Assembly (NCBI GenBank): GCA_963798915.1
Contig: CAWCVB010000001.1
Span: 256,001 to 320,000 of the forward strand
Reading direction: 5' to 3'
From: an uncultured Gemmatimonadales bacterium
GTDB taxonomy: Bacteria; Gemmatimonadota; Gemmatimonadetes; Gemmatimonadales; GWC2-71-9
DNA length: 64,000 nt
The notes below the pieces were generated by a model, which saw nothing but the letters and a program-made list of their open reading frames with translations, ran no database searches and was not told where the DNA came from. Positions 21,170 to 31,681 of the stretch are shown piece after piece. The first letter of the stretch is position 1. Each line of letters starts with the position of its first letter. The position numbers and the translations under genes were made by a program.

Positions 21170-23344
21170 CTATTCCCCGGGATGATACACCCGCTCGGTG
21201 TGCCCCTTCAGCTGACCCGGATAAAAGTACACCGGCCTCAGGTTCCCGCTGGCGTAGCGTTCCGTCTCATCATTGAAATGGGGCGAGGTGGGGTGCCCGC
21301 TCTCTCCCCCGGCGGTGACGGCCCGCGCCGTCACGCTGTCGCCAAATTCCACTACGGCGACGAAGCTGTTGCCGCTGGTGCCATACCACTTCTCGGTTCC
21401 GGGATAGGGCCGAGCGCCGAATGACGCCAGCGAACCCCACCGTGACGAAGTGAACGGCACCGGGCTGCTGGGCTTGGCGTCATCGAACTTCTGCACAATG
21501 AGACTGTCGTTGCGTTGGAAGCGGTTGATCTCGCCCCAGGGCGTTTTCCAGGTCCCGAACTGGCGTATGAGAAGGCGGCTGGCCTCGATCAGCGCGTCCA
21601 TCCGTTCCGTCGTGGTGGCGCCATCCACCAGGTAGTCGCTGATCGACTTGCCAGCCTGGTCTGCCGCCGGGCCCACGTGCTGGGCCAGACCGGTGCCCCA
21701 GAAGACGGCCAGCGTGGTCGGCACCGACGTGGCCGACCAGCGATAGTCCCAGGAGCGAAGCGAGTCAATCTGTTCATCGAGGGTCAAGCGTCGTGGGTCA
21801 TGCGCCGGCAGCGAATCATATGACTTGATCAGCGGCGGCAGCAGCCGGGCGAAGCCAGTCAGGTAGCTGTCATACGCCGCATCGATCAGCCCCTGCACCG
21901 TGAAGTCCTTCTTGTTCTGCAGCACCCTGATCGCATGCAGCCCGCGGAAGGATTCCCCGCCCTTCTCCACGTACTTCGGAAAATCTTCCTTCTTCGGGCT
22001 GCTGGGGCCGGCCGCGGACCAGGGCCAGTTGTTGCTGTTGTAGAGCCACCCGCTCGCGGGATTGAAGACATTGGGCGACTGGTCCACCGACAGCAGCCCT
22101 TTCCAGTCGGTCCGCGGATCGCTGCCGTCGACCGGCTTGGTCCAATCAAACGACGTGTCGCGCCGAGGAATGAAGTTGGCGTGGAAGTAGGCGATGTTGC
22201 CGTCGGCGTCCGCATAGACGGTGTTGTTGGAGCTGTTGGTGTGCAGCTCCATGATCCGGCGGAATTCCTTGAAATTCTTTGCCTTGGTCCGGGTGTATGA
22301 CTGGGTCAAAGCCTTGACCGGCGCAAACATCATGGCCACGCTCACCCACTTGTCGCCTTCTTTCCGCACCACTGGCCCGTGCCGGGTGAAGTAGGCGGTG
22401 ATGGTCTTGCTGGCCATTCCGGTGTCGGTCCGGAACGGCACGGTGATCTGCCGGGTGCGGACCGGCAGCTCCTGGTCGCCGTACTGGTAGAACCACTTCC
22501 CGTCCTTCTCGGTGACCGTTTCCAGATATTCGTCGATCGCGTCGGCCCCGGTGCTGGTGTGCATCCAGCCCAGGCGGGGGTTCCAGCCCTGATAGACGAA
22601 GAATTGTCCCCAGGTCACCGCGCCGTAGGCATTGAGCCCTTCGTCGCTGGACACCTGCAATTCAGACCGGAAGAAGAACGAGGTGTGGGGATTGATGAGG
22701 AAGAGGGCGTGATGATCGGCCGTGTTGGACGGCGCGATGGCGATGCCGTTGGAACCGGTGGGCTCCCGGGTCCAGGATTCCAGGCTGGTGCGGCGTGGCG
22801 GCGGGCCCTGGCGCGGCTCCCCGTACATTCGGTCCAGGCCCCGGGTGCTGATCGTCTCGATGTCGCCGCCGATGCTGCCCTCACTGAATGAGAGCGCCAT
22901 CCAGGGCTGGTAGTGGGCGATGACCGGCTTTACGCCGGGATGCTTGTACAGGTAGAAATTGAGCCCGTCAGCCCAGGCGTCCATCAGCTTCCGGAGCCAC
23001 GCGGGGCTCCCCCTATACATCGCCTTGAGCGAGTCGTCCTGGATGTACAGACGGGCCCGGAAATCCTGAAAGAGTGCACTCTCGCCGTCGGCCTGGGCGG
23101 TGCGGCCCAGCGCAAAGAGATAGTTGCGCTCGATCCGGTTGAAGTCATCCTCTGCCTGGGCGTAGATCATCCCGAAGACGGCGTCGGCGTCAGTCTTGCC
23201 GTGGATGTGGGCAATGCCCCAATCATCACGGGTGATGCTGACGGCCTCTGCCTCGCGCTGCCATCGGGCCTGGTCGGCGGAGGATTGCGCGGCGAGTGGC
23301 GCGGCAATCGTGAGGAGAGACGCGACGAAGGCCAGTTTGATCAT
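21170..23344 (-). CDS. Penicillin acylase family Ntn hydrolase
   Basis: RDDWGIAHI, YAQAED, GSNG nucleophile, INPH; signal peptide. Confidence 0.93.
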   Translation of the reverse strand: MIKLAFVASLLTIAAPLAAQSSADQARWQREAEAVSITRDDWGIAHIHGKTDADAVFGMIYAQAEDDFNRIERNYLFALGRTAQADGESALFQDFRARLYIQDDSLKAMYRGSPAWLRKLMDAWADGLNFYLYKHPGVKPVIAHYQPWMALSFSEGSIGGDIETISTRGLDRMYGEPRQGPPPRRTSLESWTREPTGSNGIAIAPSNTADHHALFLINPHTSFFFRSELQVSSDEGLNAYGAVTWGQFFVYQGWNPRLGWMHTSTGADAIDEYLETVTEKDGKWFYQYGDQELPVRTRQITVPFRTDTGMASKTITAYFTRHGPVVRKEGDKWVSVAMMFAPVKALTQSYTRTKAKNFKEFRRIMELHTNSSNNTVYADADGNIAYFHANFIPRRDTSFDWTKPVDGSDPRTDWKGLLSVDQSPNVFNPASGWLYNSNNWPWSAAGPSSPKKEDFPKYVEKGGESFRGLHAIRVLQNKKDFTVQGLIDAAYDSYLTGFARLLPPLIKSYDSLPAHDPRRLTLDEQIDSLRSWDYRWSATSVPTTLAVFWGTGLAQHVGPAADQAGKSISDYLVDGATTTERMDALIEASRLLIRQFGTWKTPWGEINRFQRNDSLIVQKFDDAKPSSPVPFTSSRWGSLASFGARPYPGTEKWYGTSGNSFVAVVEFGDSVTARAVTAGGESGHPTSPHFNDETERYASGNLRPVYFYPGQLKGHTERVYHPGE

Positions 23345-23359
23345 CGGGATCCCGTCTCG

Positions 23360-23387
23360 GAGGGGCAAAGCCAAGGCTTTGCCCCTC
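23360..23387. repeat. REP-like palindrome GAGGGGCAAAGCCAAGGCTTTGCCCCTC
   Basis: Related to the 30846 copy. Confidence 0.8.
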
Positions 23388-23474
23388 GCTGCGTGATGTT
23401 CGTACATGGGGAATTCAAGGGTGCGGGAATCAGGGCCATAACGCAAGTAGGGGCGACGCGTGCGTCGCCAGCGT

Positions 23475-24659
23475 TCACACCACAACCAGTTCCCGCTGGT
23501 AATCCGACGGGGTCACGTCCAGCCCGTCGGCCCGGGCATGGGCATTGACTTCGCTTCGGACACCGATCTCACCGGGGAAGTACACACCCGGCTCGACCGA
23601 GAAGCCGGACCCGGGAAGAATGAGCCGGCTGTCGAAGCTCTCGGTATCGTCAATGGTGGGCCCGAAACCGTGGAGCCCCACCCGATCAATCGAGTGTCCG
23701 GTGCGGCAGATGGTTCGATCGGCGAAGCCGGCCCGGGCAATCACCGCCTGGGCCGCCCGATCGGCCTCGGCGCCCGCCACCGGCGTGCCGCTCGTGAGCC
23801 GGTCGCGCAGCAGGTCGAGCGCCGCATCCCGCGCATCGCGTACCACCGTCCAGATTTCGTTCGCCCGGCGCGACGGGTCGCCGATGGAGGCCATCCAGGT
23901 CTGGTCGGCGTAGACGCCACCTGGCTCCCTGGCCCAGAGATCGAGCAGGAGGAGCGCCCCGGGAACGATCGGGAGCGACCCCGATTCCGGTGCTTCGTAA
24001 TGGGCCCGCGCCGCGTTGGCGCCATAGGAGACGCTGGGGCTGGATTCGGTAACCAGTCCCACTTGCTCGAACGCCCGCAACACCCAGATGGTCAGTTCGT
24101 GCTCGGTCATCGGCTCCGCCGACCGGGACCGGTCGCCCGCCAGCCGGAACGCCTCGCGCGCGATCGCGGCCGCATGGCCGGCGGCGCGAAGGTGGCTCGC
24201 CAGGTCATGGGCCGTCCATGCAGAGCAGGTGCGGGTTACCAGGTCGGCCGAGGAGACCACGGTGGCGCCGGCGGAGCGGACCAGCTCGAGCGTGCCAGCC
24301 GGCACGTAATCGCCATAGGGCACGTTCCCCATCGGGGAATATTCCATGGCGACCCGCTTCCCGCGCACCAGCGCGCCAAGATGCCGGCTGAGTTCGTCGC
24401 GACGGATCCAGACGATCTTCTGCCACTCGCCGGGCCAGCCGCGCCAGAGTTCAGCATCAACCGCATGAATCAGCGCGGTCGGCGTTCCGCGGCGCGGGAT
24501 CAGGACGTACTGCCGGCGACTGCCGAGCACTTCCTCACCGATCAGCGCCACAAAGATCGGATTGATGCCGCGGAAATCGAACAGCAGCCAGCCATCAATC
24601 GGGTCCGCGTTGGCGTCAAGTGCGGCGTGGACGTCTGGCAGAGCGGATGGAGTCAGCAT
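23475..24659 (-). CDS. M24 (Xaa-Pro) peptidase family protein
   Basis: AHY, DLWA, YADQT, RTGHSI, SVEPGVY, RSE. Confidence 0.92.
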   Translation of the reverse strand: MLTPSALPDVHAALDANADPIDGWLLFDFRGINPIFVALIGEEVLGSRRQYVLIPRRGTPTALIHAVDAELWRGWPGEWQKIVWIRRDELSRHLGALVRGKRVAMEYSPMGNVPYGDYVPAGTLELVRSAGATVVSSADLVTRTCSAWTAHDLASHLRAAGHAAAIAREAFRLAGDRSRSAEPMTEHELTIWVLRAFEQVGLVTESSPSVSYGANAARAHYEAPESGSLPIVPGALLLLDLWAREPGGVYADQTWMASIGDPSRRANEIWTVVRDARDAALDLLRDRLTSGTPVAGAEADRAAQAVIARAGFADRTICRTGHSIDRVGLHGFGPTIDDTESFDSRLILPGSGFSVEPGVYFPGEIGVRSEVNAHARADGLDVTPSDYQRELVVV

Positions 24660-24673
24660 GGGCACGGGAAGAA

Positions 24674-24861
24674 AGACGGGAAGACGGGAAGACGGGAAGA
24701 CGGGAGGAAGGTCGCCATGGCGTCACGAGCGCGCAAGCGCGAGACGGCGAGACGGCGAGACGGCGAGACGGCGAGACGGCGAGACGGCGAGACGGCGAGA
24801 CGGCGAGACGAATGTCGCCCGTGTCGTCACCCCGGTGCAAACCGGGGTCCATGAGGGGCTC
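24674..24861. repeat. GACGGGAA array, (GCGAGACG) x~9 array and a family A half element (24825-24861)
   Basis: Read directly. Confidence 0.9.
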
Positions 24862-24880
24862 GTGCGTGGCGACCACGATG

Positions 24881-26320
24881 TCACTGCGACAGCAGGGCCG
24901 GAAGCAGTACATGCGCCATGACCTCGTTGGCGGGCGATTCCACATTGAAGGCGCCACCGGTAAAGACCGCGATCAGGTCGAGCGACGGCACGAGATACAC
25001 CTTCTGCCCGCCGTTGCCCGAAAGCATGACGGTATCTACCCGCCGGGTGCCATCCGGGGTCGGCACGGCGTACCAGCGATGCCAGATGCCCAAGCCGTAG
25101 TCGCTGTCGTCCACCCGGGACTGGGTGCTGACTGCGGCCGCGATCCACGCCTTGGAGATCACCTGGCGTCCCTGCCACTGGCCGTGCTGCTGTATGAGCA
25201 GGCCAAGCTTCAGCATGTCGCGGGGCCGAAGATGGATCTGTCCAAAGTCATTGCGCTCGCTCTGGTCCAGCACAAAGCGCCAATGCCACTGGTCCGGCGC
25301 GACACCGAGGGGCCCGAAGAGCACCTGTTGGGCAAAGTCGGGCAGCGGCTTGCCGGCGGCGAGCTCGATCATCCGCCCGGCGGTTGCAAAGCCGAACGAA
25401 CAATATTGCCCGACGGTCCCCGGCTCGGCGACGGCCGGCAGATCCATGAAGGCCCTGGGCCAGTCGGGCGTGTCGTACAGTTTCACCTCATTACCAGGCG
25501 ACGCATCATCGTGGTCATCGCACGCGAGGCCGGACTGATTGCTCAGCAGGTTGGTGAGAGTGATACGTGACTTGCGGGAATCAGGATGGGCCACCGTCGA
25601 ATACCCGAGGCGAGCCAGCACCGGCTCGTCGCGCCGCAGCAGGCCTCGATCAATGGCCGCACCGGCGAGCAGGGAAATCACGCTCTTGGTGAGCGAGCGC
25701 ATCTGGTGGGGCCGCTCGCGGTCGTAGCCGTAGAAATACTCCTCCAGTACCAGCGCCCCCTTCCGGTACAGCAGAATCGAGCGGATATCAGGATAGCGCC
25801 CGTCAAGCACGCCACTCACGATCTGCGCAGCGACGCTGCAGCGCACCGTCGTTGGGCCGGGCTGGGCGACCGGAATGCCGTCATGGAGCTTGGCGGGCTG
25901 GACGCAGCGATAGGGAGTGGGCGTTCCATTCGGGCCTGGCGGCCGAGGCGCGAGCAGCGCCCGCGCGGCGTCATCCACGGCGGGGGAGATCCGCGCGAAT
26001 GTATCGCCGTGCTCCATGAATGCCACGACGTGGCCGGCAGGGGCGCGCAGGAACGGAATCGAGTCGCCCCCCGGATTCGTGAACGTGTCTGCGGCGACCG
26101 GGCGGAGTCGGTACTTGGCCTCGTCGATGATCGCCACCAGGTCCGTGCTGTCCGCCACCATGAACAGACTGTCGCCATTGCGATAGTGGTAGAGCCCTTC
26201 GAACTGGGAGAGTGTCTGGCCTGGCGGCGGAGTATGGCCGTCCGTCGGCGATTGTGCCGCCGCGCGAGTCGCCGTGGCCGCCGCAACCAGGGCGGCGGCA
26301 AGCAATCGTGGAAGTGTCAT
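24881..26320 (-). CDS. Serine hydrolase, beta-lactamase family
   Basis: SLTK (SxxK), Y-C-S, GNGGQ; signal peptide. Confidence 0.9.
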   Translation of the reverse strand: MTLPRLLAAALVAAATATRAAAQSPTDGHTPPPGQTLSQFEGLYHYRNGDSLFMVADSTDLVAIIDEAKYRLRPVAADTFTNPGGDSIPFLRAPAGHVVAFMEHGDTFARISPAVDDAARALLAPRPPGPNGTPTPYRCVQPAKLHDGIPVAQPGPTTVRCSVAAQIVSGVLDGRYPDIRSILLYRKGALVLEEYFYGYDRERPHQMRSLTKSVISLLAGAAIDRGLLRRDEPVLARLGYSTVAHPDSRKSRITLTNLLSNQSGLACDDHDDASPGNEVKLYDTPDWPRAFMDLPAVAEPGTVGQYCSFGFATAGRMIELAAGKPLPDFAQQVLFGPLGVAPDQWHWRFVLDQSERNDFGQIHLRPRDMLKLGLLIQQHGQWQGRQVISKAWIAAAVSTQSRVDDSDYGLGIWHRWYAVPTPDGTRRVDTVMLSGNGGQKVYLVPSLDLIAVFTGGAFNVESPANEVMAHVLLPALLSQ

Positions 26321-26472
26321 GCGTCTCAGTATAGAGCGGAAGGATGGAAGGCGCACGGGCCAGATGGCGAGACTGGTGTCGCGTTCAGGCGATCTGGCTG
26401 AAGCAGCTCAAGTCGCGTGACTTGCTCCGGAGCGTTGCTCACGAGATCCGTGGCTCTTCTCAGGGTGATCTG

Positions 26473-27315
26473 CTAGTGCACCCCCACCCTCCCCAGAAAC
26501 CCATCCACCGCCCTGGTATACGCCGAGTCGGCGCCGAGCTGGCTGTCTATCTGCGCGTGACTCTTGTCGAGTGGCAGCACCGTGGCTTCGCCGCCCAGCT
26601 CGCTGGCCCGTGCCGCAAGTGCGCTCGCCTGCGCACACGAATTCCGCCGCCGGCTGGAGCAGACCAGCAGCAGCGGCACCGCCGCGTGATCCAACCTGAG
26701 GGTGGGTGAGACACTGCGCCAGTAGGCGGGATCCTTGCCGAAGGCGCGGTCGAACAGGCGGAGGTGCGGCGACTCCATGATGGCGACGATGTTGTACGAA
26801 CCGGCGTCGAGCCCGATGGTCCCGAGCCAGGGCCTCACGCCAGCACGCTGCGCAAGCGCGCTGTCTGCGGTCACGAGCGCCACGAGCTGCCCGCCCGCCG
26901 AGTGGCCCATCAGCACCACTCGGCTGCCATCGCCACCCCAGCGCGCCGCATTCCGCTGTACGTACGCTACCGCCCGGGCCACGTCCTCCGCCTCGGCGCT
27001 GACATTCACCTCCGGCAGCATGCGGTAGTTGACCGAGACGACGATGTACCCCTCAGGCAGCCAGTGGCGCACCTTGTTCCGCACCACGCCGGAGGAGGTC
27101 TTGTCGCCGATAGCCCAGGCGCCGCCATGGACCATGACGATCACCGGCGCGCCATCGGCGTGCGCCGGCAGGTACACGTCCAGCCGCTGCCGGGTGGCTG
27201 GGCCGTAGGCCACGTCCCGCTCCACCCGCGCACCGGGCGGCAGGGTGGAGCGGCGCTGCGCCTGGAGCGGAGGCGCGAAGAGGAGAATGGAGATCGCGAT
27301 GATCACGTGGCGCAC
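26473..27315 (-). CDS. Secreted alpha/beta hydrolase (esterase)
   Basis: HGGAW, GHSAG. Confidence 0.92.
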   Translation of the reverse strand: MRHVIIAISILLFAPPLQAQRRSTLPPGARVERDVAYGPATRQRLDVYLPAHADGAPVIVMVHGGAWAIGDKTSSGVVRNKVRHWLPEGYIVVSVNYRMLPEVNVSAEAEDVARAVAYVQRNAARWGGDGSRVVLMGHSAGGQLVALVTADSALAQRAGVRPWLGTIGLDAGSYNIVAIMESPHLRLFDRAFGKDPAYWRSVSPTLRLDHAAVPLLLVCSSRRRNSCAQASALAARASELGGEATVLPLDKSHAQIDSQLGADSAYTRAVDGFLGRVGVH

Positions 27316-27350
27316 GCTGTGGCTCCCCAGTTCGGCCCGAGAAGGACGGC

Positions 27351-27683
27351 TTACAGATTCTCCTGGATGAACCGGGGACTCAGGTGCACGTCTACCTGCA
27401 CCAATGGCTCATCGCCAATAGCCGTGAACCCGTGCACTTCACCAGCCTTGATGACGAAGATGTCGCCGGCACGACCTTCGAATTCCTGGCCGTTGACCTG
27501 CCACCGCCCGCGCCCCGATCGCACGAACTGGACTTCATCGTACGGATGGCGATGTGGACCCGGCCCCTTGCCCGGCTCGGCGCTCAGCAGGAACACGGAA
27601 ATACCGGTGTCGCCCTGGTCGGCACCGACAAAGTTGTAGGAACTGCCGATGAAGGGAAGGTCCTCCTGCCGGACGTGGTGCAT
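27351..27683 (-). CDS. Cupin domain protein
   Basis: PHRHPYDE, GEVHGF. Confidence 0.9.
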   Translation of the reverse strand: MHHVRQEDLPFIGSSYNFVGADQGDTGISVFLLSAEPGKGPGPHRHPYDEVQFVRSGRGRWQVNGQEFEGRAGDIFVIKAGEVHGFTAIGDEPLVQVDVHLSPRFIQENL

Positions 27684-27733
27684 GGTGTACCTCGTGGAGG
27701 GTCGAGGGTCGATGGTCGCAGGTCGCCAGGCGG

Positions 27734-27952
27734 TGTCATTGCGAGGAGGCGCCGTAGGGGGGAGGCTTGCCTCGCCAGGGGGAGGCTTGCCTCGCCCGCA
27801 GGCGCCGACGAAGCAATCCTGCAGTCCATACGTGATCTCTTGGCCGATGTCTACCTGGTCGCCAGCGTCCGACCTCTGGCTGAACTCTGGCGAAGATCAC
27901 GGTCGGGCCGCAAGGTTGCTTTGCACGCCCGATGGGCGTACTCGCAATGACA
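27734..27952. repeat. Palindromic element family C (TGTCATTGCGAG...CTCGCAATGACA) with an embedded REP-like doublet
   Basis: 12-bp terminal inverted repeats; left end recurs near 52686. Confidence 0.8.
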
Positions 27953-27967
27953 GCGCATGGCTGAGCT

Positions 27968-28017
27968 CCTGCCCGCCCTGCCCGCCCTGCCCGCCCTGCC
28001 CGCCTTGCCCGTCCTGC
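27968..28017. repeat. Tandem nonamer CCTGCCCGC
   Basis: Read directly; related array at 16245-16280. Confidence 0.85.
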
Positions 28018-28025
28018 CGAGCCGC

Positions 28026-29543
28026 CTATCCCGCCACCCGCCGCTCCATGTCCCGCTCCACCGTCCGCATGGCCAGCAGTACCACCAGCCCGCCCACCAT
28101 GGCCACCACCGGCAGGAGCAGCACGGCGCGCTGGATCCCGAACCGGTCGGAAAGGCCGCCCACCAGTGGAAAGGCGATCGCGTCGCCCGCGAGATGAATG
28201 AAGAGGAGATACGCGCCGGCCACCGTGGCGCCAATCCGGGCTGGCACCACGTCAAAGATGGCGGCTGCGATGGGGCCATTGTAGAACGTGAGGAAGAAGA
28301 TGCTCGCGGCAAAGAGCAGCCGGAACCAGGTCATGTCGCGCACCATGAGGAGCACCACCGCCAGCGCGCCGCCCGCCAGCATCCCGAAGGCAATGGTGAT
28401 GATCCGTCCGGCAGGAGTGCGGCTCCGAAGCCAGTCTGCCATGACGCCGCCCGCGAGCGTGCCGAGCACGCCGAACACCAGCAGCCGCCAACCCAGCAGG
28501 TCGGACACATCCGCCGGGCTCATCCCCAGTTCCCGCGTGACGAATGTCGGCGCCCAGCCCACCAGTCCGTTCATGCCGAAACTGATGAGCGCGCCACCGG
28601 CAAAGACATACATCAGCGTGGGTGTGGCCAGCACGCGCTTGAGTGCGACCAGCATTTCGTCGAACGCGGTTCCCACCTCGCCGCCAAAAGGCGTGTCGTC
28701 GATCCGCTGCGAGCGGATCTGCCGCACCCATTGGAAGATGTTGAGCGCAAAACCTGCCCCGGCAATCATCGAGAACGCCGCAATGTCCCAGCGGCTGTCC
28801 GCCCCGAACCGCATGTCGAGCAGCACCGCCACAACCGAGGCGATGGCGAGCCCTATCAGCGTGGGGCCGAACTGGCGCACCAGTGAGTTGCCCCGCTCCT
28901 TGAGTTCCCGGAGGTGGGGTCGGACTCGCACCGGGGCGAGTACCCGCGAGGGGTCCCGAAGTCGCATGGCAAGAACGGCGCAGACGAACCCGGGCGCACC
29001 CACCACCATGAACGCGACCCGCCAGCCATAGGCGTCGGCCAGCTTGCCGCCCAGCCAGATGCCGAGGCCGCCGCCGATCACCAGGCCGGCCGAGAGGATG
29101 CCCATCGCCATGGCCCGCTTCCCGCCCGGGAAGTAGTCGGCGACCAGCGACGCCGCGGCGGCGCCGAAGGCCGCTTCGCCGATCCCGACCGCCGCTCGGC
29201 AGATGAAGAGCTGGTGATAACTGTCCACCAGCCCGCTCAGCACGGTGAACAGGCTCCAGAGCGCCACGCCGAAGGCGATCACCGCTCGGCGGCTCCGCAG
29301 GTCGCTCATGACCCCGAACGGAACCGCCGCGACCGAGAAGACGAGCACGTAGGCCGAACCGAGCCAGCCGAGCTGGGTGTCGGAAATGTGCAGCGCCGCC
29401 TTGATTGGCTCAAAAAGCGCGAAGACAACGTTGCGGTCGAGATAGTTGAGAAGATTGACGAACGAGAGCAGCAGCAGCGCGTACCAGGCATAGGCGCGGC
29501 TGGCGCCGCGGTCGCGGGTCGTCGGCCGCGGGTCGCGGGTCAT
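28026..29543 (-). CDS. MFS transporter (spinster-like)
   Basis: NLLNYLDR, RAAVGIGEA, ADYFP, YGWR. Confidence 0.92.
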   Translation of the reverse strand: MTRDPRPTTRDRGASRAYAWYALLLLSFVNLLNYLDRNVVFALFEPIKAALHISDTQLGWLGSAYVLVFSVAAVPFGVMSDLRSRRAVIAFGVALWSLFTVLSGLVDSYHQLFICRAAVGIGEAAFGAAAASLVADYFPGGKRAMAMGILSAGLVIGGGLGIWLGGKLADAYGWRVAFMVVGAPGFVCAVLAMRLRDPSRVLAPVRVRPHLRELKERGNSLVRQFGPTLIGLAIASVVAVLLDMRFGADSRWDIAAFSMIAGAGFALNIFQWVRQIRSQRIDDTPFGGEVGTAFDEMLVALKRVLATPTLMYVFAGGALISFGMNGLVGWAPTFVTRELGMSPADVSDLLGWRLLVFGVLGTLAGGVMADWLRSRTPAGRIITIAFGMLAGGALAVVLLMVRDMTWFRLLFAASIFFLTFYNGPIAAAIFDVVPARIGATVAGAYLLFIHLAGDAIAFPLVGGLSDRFGIQRAVLLLPVVAMVGGLVVLLAMRTVERDMERRVAG

Positions 29544-29688
29544 GGGTCGCGGGTCATGAGTCGCGGGTCATGGGTCGCGGGTCATGGGTCGTGAGTCATG
29601 GGTCGAGGGTCATGGGTCGCGGGTCAGGCGGCTCACGACTCACGACTCACGACCCGTGACCCGTAGTTCACGACTCACGACTCGCAAC
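29509..29688. repeat. Long heptamer array (GGGTCGC/GGGTCAT) followed by an inverted CTCACGA array
   Basis: Overlaps the MFS start and the DHS-like gene end. Confidence 0.88.
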
Positions 29689-30813
29689 CTGCGATTTCTC
29701 CGCGCGCTGATCCCGGAACTCAACTGCCTTCCGGTATTCATTCAGCAACCGCTCCATCATCTGCTCGCGCCGGTCGTAGAGCCGCCGGAGCGGCCGGAAT
29801 GCGTGCCGCGCACAGGCGTAGGACGTGAGCAGCGGCAGGGCGACGGTGTTGTCCATGTAGCAGACTACCGTACCCGGCAACTGATCGGGATCAATCTTGC
29901 CCCAGCTCACGGCTTCGGCAGGCGTCGCACCGGAGAGGCCCCCCGTGTCCGGACGGGCATCGGTCAGTTGCAGAAAGTAGTCGTGGCCCCGCTCGTCGAT
30001 GCCGAGCACTTCCTGGATCTGCGGCTCAGTCTGGAGCATGAAGTTCTTGGGACTGCCGCCGCCGGCAATGAGCACGCCACTTCGGCCGCCGGTGCGCTTG
30101 GCGTCGAGCACGATGGCGGCCGTCTCGTTGACGTCCGCGCTGACATCGAACCGCAGCTTGCTGCCGGCGAGCGCCTGTTCCGCCACATTCATGCCGATAC
30201 TGCTGTCGCCGGGCGAGCTGGTATAGAGCGGCACACCCAGCTCGTGCGCCGCGCTCAGCACCGATCGCCGCCGAAGCCCCAGTGCCTGTTCCCGCTCCCG
30301 CACGTACCCGCCCAGGAGGTAGTGATATTCCGCCGTGCTCATGGACCGCTGAAATTCCTCGCGCGCCGACACCTCGCGAATGAACGCGTCGGTGGACAGG
30401 AGCACGTCATAATCGAAGAAGATATCGTAGATCCGCACCACACCCTCTTCGCGCAATTCGATGTCATTGGCGTGAGGCGTGCCGCGGCGCATGGCGAGAT
30501 CGAGCCCGAAATGCGCGTCGTGATAGAGGTTGGCGCCGGTGGAGATGATCCAGTCCACGAAGCCCATTTCCATCAGCGGAATGAGGCAGCTCATGCCCAG
30601 CCCGGCCGGCGTCATGGCCCCGGTCAGCGTCATCCCGACCGTCACCTCGGGCTCGAGCATGCGCTGGACAAAGAGCTGGCAGCCCTCGCGGAGACGCCCC
30701 GCGTTGTAGGCCAGGAAGGCATTCTCTATGAGATCGGCCGCGGTCTCCTTGCCGGTGATCGCGGTAGGATTGATGCGCTGGCCGCGCAGGTGGCGGCTGG
30801 GTGTGTTGGGCAT
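29668..30813 (-). CDS. Deoxyhypusine synthase-like protein (probable homospermidine synthase type)
   Basis: [42 protein letters not shown]. Confidence 0.92.
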   Translation of the reverse strand: MPNTPSRHLRGQRINPTAITGKETAADLIENAFLAYNAGRLREGCQLFVQRMLEPEVTVGMTLTGAMTPAGLGMSCLIPLMEMGFVDWIISTGANLYHDAHFGLDLAMRRGTPHANDIELREEGVVRIYDIFFDYDVLLSTDAFIREVSAREEFQRSMSTAEYHYLLGGYVREREQALGLRRRSVLSAAHELGVPLYTSSPGDSSIGMNVAEQALAGSKLRFDVSADVNETAAIVLDAKRTGGRSGVLIAGGGSPKNFMLQTEPQIQEVLGIDERGHDYFLQLTDARPDTGGLSGATPAEAVSWGKIDPDQLPGTVVCYMDNTVALPLLTSYACARHAFRPLRRLYDRREQMMERLLNEYRKAVEFRDQRAEKSQVASRES

Positions 30814-30845
30814 GCGTGGTATCCCCATATGACGTTGGCGGAATC

Positions 30846-30887
30846 GTAACGGTAGGGGCAAAGCCATGGCTTTGCCCCTACCGTTAC
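30846..30887. repeat. Perfect 42-bp REP-like palindrome
   Basis: GTAACGGTAGGGGCAAAGCCATGGCTTTGCCCCTACCGTTAC. Confidence 0.9.
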
Positions 30888-31681
30888 ATCTCCGCCATCT
30901 TCCTGTCCCCCGTCGCCGGTTTCCCCGCAATCTCGTGGTCCGGCTTGTTGGCTCGCGCCTTGAGCACAAAATCCGCCGCCTCGCGGGGGCTGTCGGTAAG
31001 GGAGAGAAGCAGCATGTCGGCCTCGCCCACCTTCCCCTCCGCCAGCACCGACTCGCGAAGCCAGTCCATGAGCCCCGCCCAGTACCTGGTGCCGAACAGG
31101 ATCACCGGGAAATGCTTGATCTTTCCCGTCTGGATCAGGGTCAGCGCCTCCATCAGCTCATCCATGGTTCCGAAGCCGCCCGGGAAGACGATGAATGCGG
31201 TGGAATATTTCACGAACATGGTCTTCCGCACGAAGAAGAAGCGGAAGTTGATGCCCCGCCGGACATACGGGTTGGTGCCCTGCTCGAAGGGCAGCTCGAT
31301 ATTGCAGCCAATCGAGAGACCGCCGCCCTCCACCGCGCCGCGGTTGGCCGCCTCCATGATGCCGGGGCCACCCCCCGTGATGATGGGGATGCCCTCCTGC
31401 GCCAGGATTCTCGCGGTCTCCACTGCGGCCTGGTAGGCCGGGTCCGTGGGTGGCGTGCGCGCCGAGCCGAAGATGCTGACGCCGTCGATCACATCGCCCA
31501 GGGCATCGAACCCTTCGACGAATTCTCCCATGATCCGGAAGACCCGCCAGGGATCGGTCTTGAGCATCGCGTCGGGCCGCAGCTTGGGCTGCGGTCCCTC
31601 CAGCAGCATTTCGTCTTCAGTGGGCCGCTTGGGCTCCGCACCGGACGGATAGGGACGGCGGGTGTTGTCGGAATCAGCCAC
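30884..31681 (-). CDS. LOG family (TIGR00730) nucleotide phosphoribohydrolase
   Basis: [24 protein letters not shown]. Confidence 0.93.
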   Translation of the reverse strand: MADSDNTRRPYPSGAEPKRPTEDEMLLEGPQPKLRPDAMLKTDPWRVFRIMGEFVEGFDALGDVIDGVSIFGSARTPPTDPAYQAAVETARILAQEGIPIITGGGPGIMEAANRGAVEGGGLSIGCNIELPFEQGTNPYVRRGINFRFFFVRKTMFVKYSTAFIVFPGGFGTMDELMEALTLIQTGKIKHFPVILFGTRYWAGLMDWLRESVLAEGKVGEADMLLLSLTDSPREAADFVLKARANKPDHEIAGKPATGDRKMAEM

